DNA from: Saccostrea cucullata
Taxonomy: Eukaryota
DNA: 64,000 bases
Direction of reading: 5' to 3'
Assembly: GCF_032062105.1 (NCBI RefSeq)
Contig: NW_026928375.1
Coordinates: 1 to 64,000 of the forward strand
How positions within the stretch are numbered: position 1 is the stretch's first letter; each line of letters opens with the position of its first letter. The notes under the pieces are model-generated. The model did no database searches, was not told the DNA's origin, and worked only from the letters and a program-made list of their open reading frames with translations. The position numbers and the translations under genes are program-made. Shown here one piece after another: positions 1-12,042 of this stretch.

Positions 1-797
1 CTCCACTATCTCTAACCTTTGATTAACTATGAAGCCCGTTGCGCATGCTTTAAAATAATTAAATAAAATTCGGATAATCATACGCTGCTAACAAGTCTGG
101 AGTTAAAACTACAACAGGTAAGTCGACTGACATTTCTGTGTACTTTTATATATATTTGATTAGAGCTTAATATAATCTGTTCAAAATAAATTACTAGTCA
201 GGTACGATTCACACAAAATGTTCCGACAAAAATAGTTCAATCATTTTGTGTAGATACAACGTTACTGTTAAAGATTAAAATAATGATGTGCATGTTATAC
301 ATTAAAAAACCAAAATTAACGTAAACAGACTTTTCGAAAATCATTTTTTCCCCGAAATAAAAATAAATATATTAATATACATACGCCGGCTTCCTCCGCA
401 GTCTTTTTTTTACATGTTAAAGGAAGAATATTTAGGTCGCTCCTCGATTGAATTTTTTTCACCGATGATTTGATTATACTATATCAACAATTGTATTAAT
501 CAAGTTCATGTTTTTTGTTCGTTAATTATCATACAATTTCCTCTTAGAGAGAATATTTATCATTGTCTGTGTGTGTTTTATTAAATGACGGGGTTTACAA
601 CCCCTGAAAAGATTTTTCCACGTGTGTACTGTGTAAACTCTATGGTGTGTAACTATAAAATGGGTAGCAAAACCCGAAACGGGCCGGAGATTTTTAAACT
701 GAAAACCGTGTTTATGCTAAAGCAGCTTGCTCAGAATATTAATATAATATTTATGATTTGAATCATATAAGTAAGTGTTGTGACGAAAACATAAGTA

Positions 798-956
798 CAG
801 TAAAACTCAGTTATAACGAGGTCACTGGGACCTCCGAAATTACTCCGCTATATCCGTATGAGGAATGTGCTAAATTTATATAGGTGGGGATCCAAAATAT
901 ATTCGCTATCTCCGTGAATTCGCAATATTCGTGTTCGTACTAAACGAGTTTTACTG
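798..956. mobile_element. Tc1/mariner-type MITE
   Basis: TIRs CAGTAAAACTC...GAGTTTTACTG flanked by TA on both sides; no ORF. Confidence 0.75.
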
Positions 957-1731
957 TATATTTACGTTATTTCCGAATGAAAAAAATCGGTTTCGAATTT
1001 CCTGGCCCGCACCTTAATTTCGTAACCATTCTATACACACTTTTTGTGGATGCAAATCGAACAAAATGTAGTTCTGCAGGTATGGTATAATTTTTATTTA
1101 TCATAAATCGTATTCATAAAATCTAATTTAGTAAACATGTTGCTAAATGAATATGTTAAAAAATATAAACTTAAGCAAAATGTTTAAATTGTAACGAAAA
1201 AATTCACAGTTTAACAGATTTCTAGAAAAGTTAAACGTCAAAAACCCGCCTAATGACCAACTTAACGGTGAGGAACTAGACCTACAAGTATATTTAGAAG
1301 AACCGGTTATCTTCAAAAATAAATATAAAAGTTGAATATATATTCTGCACATGTGTGCGAAAAAATGGAATTTAGTCTGTCTATACTACATGTACCACAA
1401 TCGCTGGTTGCTATATTATAAATGTAACTTCCGTTTTTCAAAGTGCGTTTGCATTATTAATCGCATCGGCAGAAACTTAAATAAAATTCATAATGCCAAT
1501 TAATTTCCTTATTCCCATGTTTACCCATGATGACTTGTGCTTGAAACAGCAGGCGTGTTTTTAGATGATATCGAGGGTAAATAAGCTGAAAATATAGCGG
1601 AATCTCACTATAATAGTGATATACCACTGTCGTAGCGGAATTTACATTTCCCTCAACTTGTTTATTGTTTCTAATACAAAATAATTAGTTTGAGGTCATG
1701 ATGATCAGAATATTAAAATTCATCTTCAGTA

Positions 1732-1941
1732 TCAAATTAAATAAAGTTGATCAAAGCTCCCATTACCCCTTGTTAAGATATCAAACATATCGGTTTCAAA
1801 ATTTTTCGATACCTTTAGTATGTCACCATAATTTAAAACAAGTGCTAATATTTTTCTGATTTCTTCACGACCATGTTTCCTCAGTACATGTTTCACACCT
1901 CGAACAAAGAAATTTTCACAAATCACGTGGTACACCAGTAC
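1732..1941 (-). CDS. Possible terminal coding exon of an unidentified gene (VLVYHVICENFFVRGVKHVLRKHG...LYLI*)
   Basis: ttcag acceptor at 1942-1946, 70 codons to stop, protein-like composition; phase 0 is compatible with the exon at 10382-10544. Confidence 0.3.
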   Translation of the reverse strand, partial: VLVYHVICENFFVRGVKHVLRKHGREEIRKILALVLNYGDILKVSKNFETDMFDILTRGNGSFDQLYLI

Positions 1942-2369
1942 CTGAAGTCAAAGCTTCATGATTGGATGACTTTGCCATGGGGTGCACAATTATTGAACAT
2001 ATTATTATCAATAATGAATGGGTTACTTTAATGGACATAAGGCAAGGTCTCGAGACAATGACTGTTGGACCTGAAGTGCAACATAGACAAAAAATCTACA
2101 AAATTACATTAAAAAGTGAAGGAAGAAAGATCTCGACCTCTTCGCTTGTCTTTTTCTGAATTATTCAACTTTAGTCAAATGTAATACATACAAAAATAAG
2201 AAAAACTAGATGAGATCTCGTTGCGAGCAACGAATAGGTCTTCCGTTGAATTTCTAGATAAGATGAGATGTGATTTTGACTGATATAATCGTTAAAAGAG
2301 AATGACTTTAAGTTTTCCTTCATTAAATTTAAAATTTCTCATTTTTATCAGGGTATTCTGAACATCTTT

Positions 2370-4230
2370 TGTTCAATTAGGCTTATAAGAATACTACCCC
2401 CTTTTGAGACGTAAAGCATAAAAAATGCAGCATTTTGTCCCTTGCAACCCCTAATTACGTAACATATGATCAAAATGTTATCATACATTGATGCAAATCG
2501 TTATGATGAATAATTTTGCCCCAGTAATGTATAACAAAATATTGATCATTAATGAGTATAGATAAAAGACTTTTGACCCCTCTGAGCCCCGATTTTGAGG
2601 GGTCAGCCCCTTTTTCTTGATATCAAATGAAAGGTCTTGTGATTTTGAAGATTTTTTGTTCAACACTTATTCAGAGATTTCTAGTCGTTGTGGAGATATG
2701 CTAAATGGAAATATTTAAGGGCCACTCCTACAAGTCCTTAATGGGGCCGTTTTACAAAAAATCAAAGTATGCATATTGTTTAGAACATTATCCTGGTCGT
2801 TATTTGTTCAATATTGCTTATCAAAATATTCCCCCTTTTCGATAGATAAAGCATCAAAGATTTGATATTCTGTCCCCTTGTGACCCCTAATTACGTAATA
2901 TATGATCAAAATCTCATCATATATTGTTGCAAATTGAAAAGATAAATACTTTTGCTTCAGTAATGTATAACAGAATACTGATCATTAAAGAGTTAAAGAT
3001 AAAAGACTTTTGACCCCTCTGAGCCCCTAATTTGAGAGGTCAGCCCCTTTTTCTTGATATCAAGAAAGGTCTTATGATTTTAAAGATTTTTTGTTTAAAA
3101 TTTATTCAGAAATTTCTATTCGTTGTGGAGATCTGCTAAACGAAAATATTTAGGGGCCACTCCTATAAGTCCTTAATGGGGCCGTTTTACAAAAATTCAA
3201 AGTATGCATATTATTAAGAACATTATTCTGGCCATCTTTTGTTCAATATTGCTTATCAAAATATTCCCAATTTTCGAGATATAAAGCGTCAAAGATTTGA
3301 CATTCTGCCCCCTTGTGACACCTTATTACGCAACATATGATCAAAATTGTATCATATATTGTTGCAGATCGTTAAGATAAACACTTTTGCTTCAGTAATG
3401 TATAACAAAATATTGTTCAATAGAGAGTTATAGATAAAAGACGTTTGGTCCCTCTGAGCCCTTAATTTGAGAGGTCAGCCCCTTTTTCTTGATATCAAAT
3501 GAAAGGTCTTGTGATTTTGAAGATTTTTTTGTTCAACACTTATTCAGAGATTTCTACTCGTTGTGGAGATATACTAAATTGAAATATTTAGGGGCCACTC
3601 TTACGAGTCCTTAATGGGACCGTTTTACAAAAATTCAAAGCATGCATATTGTTTAGAACATTATTCTGGTCATTATTTGTTCAATATTGCTTATCAAAAT
3701 ATTCCCCCTTTTCGAGATATAAAGAGATATAAAGATTTTACATTCTGCCCCCTTGTGACCCTTAATTACGCTACATATGATCATAATTGTATCATATATT
3801 GTTGTAAATCGTTAAGATAAACACTTTGGCTTCAGTAATGTATAACAAAATATTGTTCATTAGAGAGTTATAGATAAAAGACTTTTGACCCCTCTGAGCC
3901 CTTAATTTGAGGGGTCGGCCCCTTTTTTCTTGATATCAAATGAAAGGTCTTGTGATTTTGAAGATTTTTTGTTCAACACTTATTCAGAGATTTCTACTCG
4001 TTGTGGACATATGCTAAATTGAACTATTTAGAGACCACTCTTACGAGTCCTTAATGGGACCGTTTTACAAAAATTCAAAGTATGCATATTGTTTAGAACA
4101 TTATTCTGGTCATCTTTTGTTCAATATTGCTTATCAAAATATTCCCCCTTTTCGAGATATAAAGAGATATAAAGATTTTACATTCTGGCCCTTCGTGACC
4201 CCTAATTACGCAAGATATGCTTAAAAGTTT
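2370..4230. repeat. Tandem satellite-like array, ~437-bp unit, ~4 copies
   Basis: Marker AAAAGAC(T/G)TTTG(A/G)(C/T)CCCTCTGAGCCC recurs at about 2564, 3001, 3436 and 3876. Confidence 0.92.
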
Positions 4231-4686
4231 ATAATATATGGTTCCAAATGATCTAAAATTAAATGAAATCGAAATATCGAAAATTCGACCAGAAAAAATG
4301 ATAAAATGTTTCGGTTAATATCAAGAACAAAAATATCAAAAAATAAAAAATAAAAAATTGCGTTTTTTAAATTCGCTTCCGGTATCGACCGGAAGTACTG
4401 ACGACGCACGAAAAGGCGATTCTGCAACGCTATAAATCATGAATTATCATCTCCAATTAATCTTCAGTTCATATCTTAAGCAGTTTTCGCTTCTAAATCA
4501 AAACAAAATTGCATTTTAAAATCAGAAAATTCCCTATATCTCACGACCGGAAGTGACGTCATAAAACGCTTAAAAACCTATTAAGATCCATTGATTTGCT
4601 ATTACATATGAAAATTTTATGAAAATCGGCCGAGCCGTTTCTGAGAAATCGCGTGCACAAAATCGGTTGGAAGAATAATAATAAAA

Positions 4687-7125
4687 ACTAGATGCGTTCT
4701 TGTTGCTAGAGCAACAAGCAGTCTTCCGACCGACTTTTCGTTAGAGTTCTATGCTGCGCCATCCCATGAAATAGATTTCAGGATGTTTATTTTTGTCAAA
4801 GTTTATTCACAGCAGTCTCTCAACATACATAATGATAATTACACGTATTCCTCAAAATATCTCAAAAACTAGCTTTTAAAAATCGGCAAAATATTCCATA
4901 CGTGTTACAAAAGAGACAAAAGTCATTTGCAAATGAAAAAGACAGAAACAAAGAAAAAAAAATTTGTAACGCCTCCAGCGGGATTCGAATCCCCGACAGT
5001 GGGACAAAGTTTGGTTCGCCTATATCTTTTCAATACATTCACGCATCAAGATACTGAACACATATTTAGAATTCTCATAAGACACTCTATAAACCCTGTA
5101 AATCATAAAGAAAAATATTGAAAAACAAAAAAGTTGAGAAATGGGACTTTTTGAATTCACTTCCGTTTGCGACCGGAAGTGTCGACGACGAAAAATAAAG
5201 GTCATTGCCCATAACGGAGTTCGATGTTCTATCACCTTAGTGAGTTTCACTTTCATATCTTTAGCCGTTCTCGAGAAAACTGCTGGACAAAATGCCTATT
5301 AAAAAACAAAAATCCCCAAAAATCGCGAACGAAAGTTAATTTCGAAAAAATGAAAAAACTTCTGGAAATATTCTCATGATGCATCATCCCTGTAAAAATC
5401 TTTAAGATCCGTCCGCGCACAGCTGATATATCGCCCTAACTATGAAAAAAGAAAAAATAATAATAACTAGAAAAGAAACTCGTTGCGAGCAACGAGAGGT
5501 CTTCCGTCCGATTCTGAAAAAAAAACCCCGCAAAATCGAGCTGAAAAGTGATCAAACTTTCATGGAAACAAAGGGGATTGAACCCGGGTCGCCAGCATGA
5601 AAATCCAAAGTGCTTACTATTACGCTATTGGGACCACAGCTCTAAATCTACTTTTATATATTTCTGAATAATGAAAGGCGGCTACTATTAATATTTTTGC
5701 GCCAAACGCCACTAGTAAATCTTCGCGCCTTTTCTTTGGAATGTCCAATTAAATAGGTGTTATAGCTTCAATGGAAATAAAAAAAAGAACGTTCTTATAG
5801 CTAAAATTTCAAGGTAAAGAAATTGTTTTTAACACATTTACAAATTCTATGCATAGATAGATTAGTAACACTAAATCAGCGAAACTGCTATAATTTTTTT
5901 TTACTTTTAAAAATTTTCTGCTTATCCCCATACTGAACTATCCCTATTAACTATTAATCTTTCATAAAAAGGTTGAAATGTTTCGCCGAAAAACATGTGT
6001 CGCCCTAAGACGGCCAAGGAATCAGATACCATTTATGTTCAATAACTTAAATCTATTCTTTAAGACAAGAATATTAATATAAACTCAATTCTTCTAAAAA
6101 GTGGTTTTACTATGTTTGTCTTTCCTATTAGTTTAATATGACTCAAGTGTGCATGAGCAAAACAAGAGATACGTTTAATACTTACTATATACATCGATAT
6201 TGTTTCTTAAAACTGTTATTTGTAACTATGATTTAAGATCTGTTTTTTCCGCAAAACAAATGATAGTAGGTATGTATTTCATTTGCACATTTAGTCTTTT
6301 CTTTTTCTTGTTTGAGAACCAGCCGAAACCAATTATAGAAGACGTTTGAGACGACCATCGATTTAAACTTAGTTTGACACAGAATTGCAACGTAACTACA
6401 TCGTGATAATCCCCGTATTCCTTTACATTTCATTTATCCTTATTTACTTTCGTTCAAGCAAACGCTTGGCTGCCTCTGAAAACCCCTATTGCGAAATGTC
6501 GGAGTTGACATAGGCAGCCGCCATATTGGACCCGCTTCAGATTTTTAAATGTTAATATCTAGAGTTACGATTAATGAATGTTCAAACAAACTATACAGTT
6601 AGCATTATAAGAACGGTCTCTATTAACATTCCAAAAATAAATGAAAAATGTTAAAAAGCAAAAAAGTTAGAAAATACGGACTTTTTAAGTTCGCTTCCGC
6701 TAGCGACCGGAAGTACTGACGACACACGAAAAGGTGATTTCACATATCTAAAATTCATCATCTATTATCTTTAAGAAGTCTCCAGTTAATATCTCAGACC
6801 ATTTTCGTAAAAAAGGGGGGACAAAAATCCATTTTAAAATCAGAAAATTGTCCATAACTTGGAACCGAAGGTGAGTATTCCAAATTTTCCTTCTGATGAA
6901 CAAAGTTCATATAATGACGCATAATTCCTGAAAGTTTCATAGAAAACCATCGATTAGTTTTCGAGAAATCGCCTGCACAAAATTTTGGGGAAAAAAATAA
7001 TAATAATAATAATAATAATAAGAAACAGTAGAATCACTAGAAGGTCTTCCGTGAAGACGGAAGACCTTAATAATAAAAAACAGACGAATAACAATAAGAT
7101 CTTCCAGGAAGTTGGAAGACCTTAA
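4687..7125 (-). mobile_element. Non-autonomous Helentron-like element, middle member of the nest
   Basis: CTAG + hairpin CTTGTTGCTAGAGCAACAAG + GTCTTCC at 4688-4727; inverted-repeat end at 7096-7123; shared core CTTCCG..CGGAAGT at 5160-5180. Confidence 0.65.
5466..7070 (-). mobile_element. Non-autonomous Helentron-like element, inner member of the nest
   Basis: CTAG + hairpin CTCGTTGCGAGCAACGAG + GGTCTTCCGT at 5467-5506; end AAGGTCTTCCGT..ACGGAAGACCTT at 7041-7068; (AAT)n tract at about 6996-7021. Confidence 0.7.
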
Positions 7126-7274
7126 TAATAATAATAATAATAGAGAAAAAGAAACCAAACGAAAACAATAAGGTCTTCCGTTGAAAACGAAAGACCTTAA
7201 TAAGAAAAAATAATAATAAAATAGTAAAACAAATATTTGAGTAAGGTTTAGTAATTGAGTCATTCTGACAACCA

Positions 7275-7800
7275 AGCTCTATGATAAACAACTTTCCTAT
7301 TGTCATCTCCTTTACTTACAATGTATGCAGCAATATACCTTCATCAACTACATACGGAGTTTATATATCTTGGTTGATTTGATACACAAGTAAATGTTCT
7401 ACGTATGAGCAATTTCTAAAACGAGGTAAATTATTGAAAAACAAGTTGATGAAGCAAGAATACTAGCATTCTCGTTTAAATTCATCATTTCATAAGTTCT
7501 ATGATCGATAAAATGACCTTGTCAGCAAATACAATTTATCATTATTTCAAATGTTGACTGACGTTTTTAATTATGATTATAATAAGTCCATTGTTTATAC
7601 ACTAAACTGACAACAAATTTCTTCGTTATATCCCGATCATTTCAAGGAGCACACGGCTAGTGTGACGGGACAGCAGGGGATTCTCACTTCTCCATGGCCT
7701 CTGATCCAACATCTGATTTTTGGGAGGCACATGTTTGCTCTGCACCTGTTTTGTATTGTTTTTATGGTCTTTGATATAGAATACTATTCGTTATTTCCAT
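7275..7800 (+). mobile_element. Degenerate Penelope-like retroelement, RT C-terminal part and 3' end
   Basis: Translates with stops to LYDK..SNIPSS..YGVYIS.LI.Y...CSTYEQFLKRGKLL.NKL, typical of Penelope-like RT; homologous to 51860-52620. Confidence 0.7.
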
Positions 7801-8592
7801 ATTCATCATTGAAGAATTAAATCTCATCAAGTAGTGGGTGCAGTGAATGTTTTCATTTGTCCTCGATGATAATTGAAGAGATATTGACTGATTGGGGACA
7901 CCTCAAAAAGAACAAATTTGATTTTTTAAAGGTCAAAAACAAAATATAGGAACAGTCCTATTTTGCTCAAATGGTGTACGTGGATATATGTACATGTGTA
8001 TACAACCGAAAGGCTTTCTTTTCCTGTTTTTTTCGTTTTCTGTGGAGTTCTCTGTTTTTAAATTATAAGAAAAATATTAATTTAACCACTAAAAAAATAA
8101 CTAATTTAAAGGGGAAAAAAATTAAATCCATGATAACTGAAATGACTATCCTAATTTTGGAATCAAGAGAAATGAGCCTGAATTGTGTTTGAAAGCTACT
8201 CGCTGTAGACTGTCACATGGCCTGTCGCAGACAGATATTACCCCAAGGGTATAACTGTCAAGTCCAGGTCTGTAAATATGACAATAATCAGCATCAAACT
8301 ATTGTTATCTTGATTAAACAGCAAGAAACACGGAGCACTTCGTAATTTTAAAAATAGAGGGAGACAAATAAAGGTTATATTTTCGTGTGAAACATGTACT
8401 AAGTTTGTTTTAAACCTTCCCCTTGCCATTCGATTTGTTGCTTGGCACCCCATCTTATGGTTCTCAGAAAATGTACAAAATATATTTTTTAAAGCCTAGC
8501 AAATATAAAAAGCCAACTAAATTCTGAGAGAACGTTTTTGATGATCTACATATGTCAGATTTCTCGTTCTGTTTCAAACGTCGTACATTATA

Positions 8593-8745
8593 TAAATACT
8601 GCATGTAGTTGATGTTAGCATGATTTTTAAGCCCAACTAGGTAAGAAAACAATAGTCAACCGAAACGCAGCCGAGGTTAACAACTGCTTTCGAGTGGTTA
8701 AAAATTTCAATGTTACTTTCAACTGCATGTTATATTTTTAAAATT
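8593..8745. repeat. Degenerate palindromic (foldback) MITE-like element
   Basis: GCATGTAGTTGA / TCAACTGCATG arms around a central CCGAAACGCAGCCGAGG motif. Confidence 0.4.
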
Positions 8746-10381
8746 ATATCGTTTGTTTGATACAAAAATATAGAAATACATTCTCCCCATATAAATTACG
8801 TGCGTTCAATATTTTTTCAAGAAAGTTGAGTTTTGTTACGCTGGATAGGGGATAAGTATTCGGAGGATAATACAGTTTTAACAAATGTTTTCGATGAAGC
8901 ATATTCAACCTATTCAGATGAAAGAATATTTTCTATTTTGTAAACCTTTACTGTTATAAGACTATATGAAACTAATACCATATAGATTTCTATTCCAATT
9001 CCACCATCTGAAAACTATTACCAGTTGAATTTGAATTGCTCCTTTGGGCGACTCCTTCATAAATGTTCTATAATGTTTCTAACTAATCAAAATGTTGAAT
9101 TGACAGCGTATTCGATGAATATCGAGCAATATAACGTTTACGTCAAAATATTTTGACTCACAATGTCAAAATCGTTCTGTGTTTTACCATTTTAACATCT
9201 GTTTTTTAAGATCTTAAACATTTTCTACCCTCATTTTAGCGAATTGCATCTATTTTGTTTTCCTTTATACATAAACAATACACACAAACTTTTCTTCTTA
9301 GGAAATTTAATACTTGGTTCTACACGAGAGTCGAACGAATTCTAAAATTTTATATGAAATTGTAACTAGCTTTCGACCCTCAATCCCCCAAAATATTTTT
9401 GTTGTATAAATGTATGTACAAGTTTTCTTTTGTTTAAGGAGTGAATATTTTGGGACCCCACTTGCTCCATTCTTAAATTGTAAAATCTGTATATTCAATT
9501 TGCATTTGCAATTTATGCTCTCTTTACATACACCCTCTTTATTATTTTATTATCTGTTGCAGAACAAAGCTGTAACAGTGCCTTGAGTTCGTATGAACTG
9601 AAATATTTAAACATTGTCACTGATTAAGAGCACATTATACAAAAATTAAAGAACGAGAAATATACAAAAAGAAAACTTATTTAAAAATCACAAATTGAAG
9701 ATGTGAGACTCGAACACGCAATCACCATACTTACCTTCCAGTAAACACACCACTGTACCACCTAACTATCTTACGTGGAATAGGAAAAAATAAGACCACA
9801 GGAGAAGAAAAAATTATCATAATATTATACAATTTCCAAAAAAAAACCTTTAAATAATAATGTCTAAATGTAATGAAGCGCAACTATATAGAGATAAAAT
9901 AATTCACACAATGTTTTCTGGTTTAGGATAGTCTTTGGCAGAAGTTTGTCATCGTTAGTTTAATACCTCTGTATTAAGTCTTTATTCCATGCACACTACT
10001 TGTGTAGATAATTTTAATATTTAATTATCATATAAGGGAACTATTAACCTTGGAAAGTATTTAGTACATATACTAAAAAGAAAAACACAGGGTAACACGG
10101 TTTGCATTTTTCTTTTTGACAGCATGTCCAAAAATAACAAAAATTCGGTCAGTTGAGAAATTTTGGTACTGTGCACTAAATCAGTGTGCAAAATTACTAT
10201 CACCTTAAAAAATTAATGAAGTCATGATCACATAGATAAGGTAGTAATGAAGCAAAACCACGTGCAAATTAATGACGATAAGTTTGTCAGCACTTCTTGT
10301 TTAACCATTTGAATTTGCATTTAATTAAATATACTTATAAGGTATACACACTCCTTTTTTCAGTATTTACGAACGATATAC

Positions 10382-10544
10382 CGCGGTAAATTTCTTGCAA
10401 TCTTGGTACAGCGCCTTAGTACTGACAAAGGCAGCAACAGATTGCTGTGCAGTTTCTTGTAACTCTCCATCCATAGAACGTCTTTCCCCGTCGTCAATGA
10501 GGACAGGGGTTGGTTTTAACCAACCTTGACGGTAACATTGGTAC
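10382..10544 (-). CDS. Probable coding exon of an unidentified gene (YQCYRQGWLKPTPVLIDDGERRSMDGELQETAQQSVAAFVSTKALYQDCKKFTA)
   Basis: ctgttag acceptor, open 54 codons, gtatat donor, GC-richer than its flanks. Confidence 0.45.
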
Positions 10545-11136
10545 CTAACAGAGTCATATAAAGATTATGTTATTCATCTTGCCACTTGTTTAAAGTCACC
10601 TCACTACCACAAAACTGGTTTTAATGAAGTAATTTATCAGAATCATTTCATATACTCTAAAACCAAAAGAAACCCCTTTCGAAATTTGGGTTTTTGAGCA
10701 GGTCAACTTTATTTTAGTGTGCCTATACCTGGCACATGCGGGCGTCATTTGCCTATTTTTTTTTCGACGTGTTTACCCCAAATTAATGCAGGCATGTAAG
10801 TTGAGGTAAGTTGATTGTAAGTTGAGACTTTCTTTCAAACTGTCACATTAACCCACTCGATAGGTCTCTTTTTACTTTATCTTTTAGTTATTTGGTATAT
10901 GTTGAACATAGTTTTGATGGGTTCGAAACGCAGTACAGTTAAGGCAACATTTTCTATAAAAACTCACGGAATCCGATACATATAATGTTTACCAGTTTTA
11001 ATTTTTAGCAAGACACTCTAGTTAAAATAGTTATTTGTTATCTTGAAGAGTATGTCCATCGCTTTTCACATCGGTATTTTTTGACATCATGTCACCCCCT
11101 GACGTTACGGGGGCTCCGATTTTTGGTCAAAAAACG

Positions 11137-11478
11137 AGATGTCAAATTTAACCAAAAAGTGCAAGGGCAAGGCAAACAAAAAATTAACTGCACAATGTTT
11201 TATGTTGCATTGTCTCTATGCATCTATACTTTCTCAAAAGTGATGCTCATTCAGTTAGTTTTCCGATATAATTAAGTTATTCAGCTAAAACAGACAGTAT
11301 TGTATGAAAAATAGGATATTTTCCTAATTTCATCGTGAATTATAAATCAACTAAACGATTACAAAGAAATAAGCATCACTTTTTGAAAAATATACAATAA
11401 AATAAATAATTTAAAATAAAAACCTACTTTTTAGATTGTCGCCTTGCCCTTGCACTTTTTGATTAAAAATTGAAATCT
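11137..11478. mobile_element. Foldback MITE with long imperfect inverted arms
   Basis: AAAAAGTGCAAGGGCAAGGC / GCCTTGCCCTTGCACTTTTT and inner AAAAGTGATGCT / AGCATCACTTTT inverted pairs. Confidence 0.6.
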
Positions 11479-11882
11479 TGGAAGAGTCAATCTAATTATA
11501 GTTTTCAAACGCATCATTGACCCAGCATGGGAGATAACTCTTGAGTACTTGATACAGTTTGTTTACCTCGTAAATTTTAAATAAATATACATGCGGACAG
11601 GACTGGACTCTTTTTTTTTACTAAATCAAACGCTATGCATAAAAAAAATCCTTGATATCTCTTTCTTTTCTGTGGATTCGTTCTTCATACATTGTGTACA
11701 TTAAATGTCTTTCAAACCTTTCGCAATTCCTCAAAGATGTGTAGATATATGTAATATTACACACAAATAGGTCTAAATATTGCCGATATATTTATGTAGA
11801 ACACAAATGGTTAATTAAATTATAGCCTTCATTAATAATTAATTATATATCTATTCCCCTCTTTCACTCCTGTACGCATAAC

Positions 11883-12042
11883 GTTAGGCGTCGGAACCGG
11901 TGGGGGGGGGAGGGCTGAGCCTCCCTGCTTATTTGCAAATTATAAACATAATGTAGGCATTGGAATTTACCTTTTTCTTTTGGTTTAGCCCCCCCCCCCC
12001 TTTTCGATTATCCCTCCTTTCATTTTGCTTCCGACGCCTATG
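11883..12042. mobile_element. Short MITE with G/C runs
   Basis: TIRs TAGGCGTCGGAA / TTCCGACGCCTA. Confidence 0.65.

Larger units (their letters stand above)
2205..7200 (-). mobile_element. Non-autonomous Helentron/DINE-1-like element, outer member of a triple nest
   Basis: CTAG end with hairpin CTCGTTGCGAGCAACGA and subterminal repeat GGTCTTCCGTTGAA at 2206-2250; matching inverted-repeat end AAGGTCTTCCGTT..AACGAAAGACCTT at 7170-7198; (AAT)n microsatellite; internal tandem array. Confidence 0.75.

Noticed and set aside
6937-7306. Hydrophobic ORFs of 79-112 aa
   Set aside because: Produced by (ATT)n microsatellites at the Helentron ends
9700-9770. Functional tRNA gene (also 63720-63790 and the SINE heads)
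   Set aside because: Only degenerate A/B boxes without a full cloverleaf; tRNA-derived repeats
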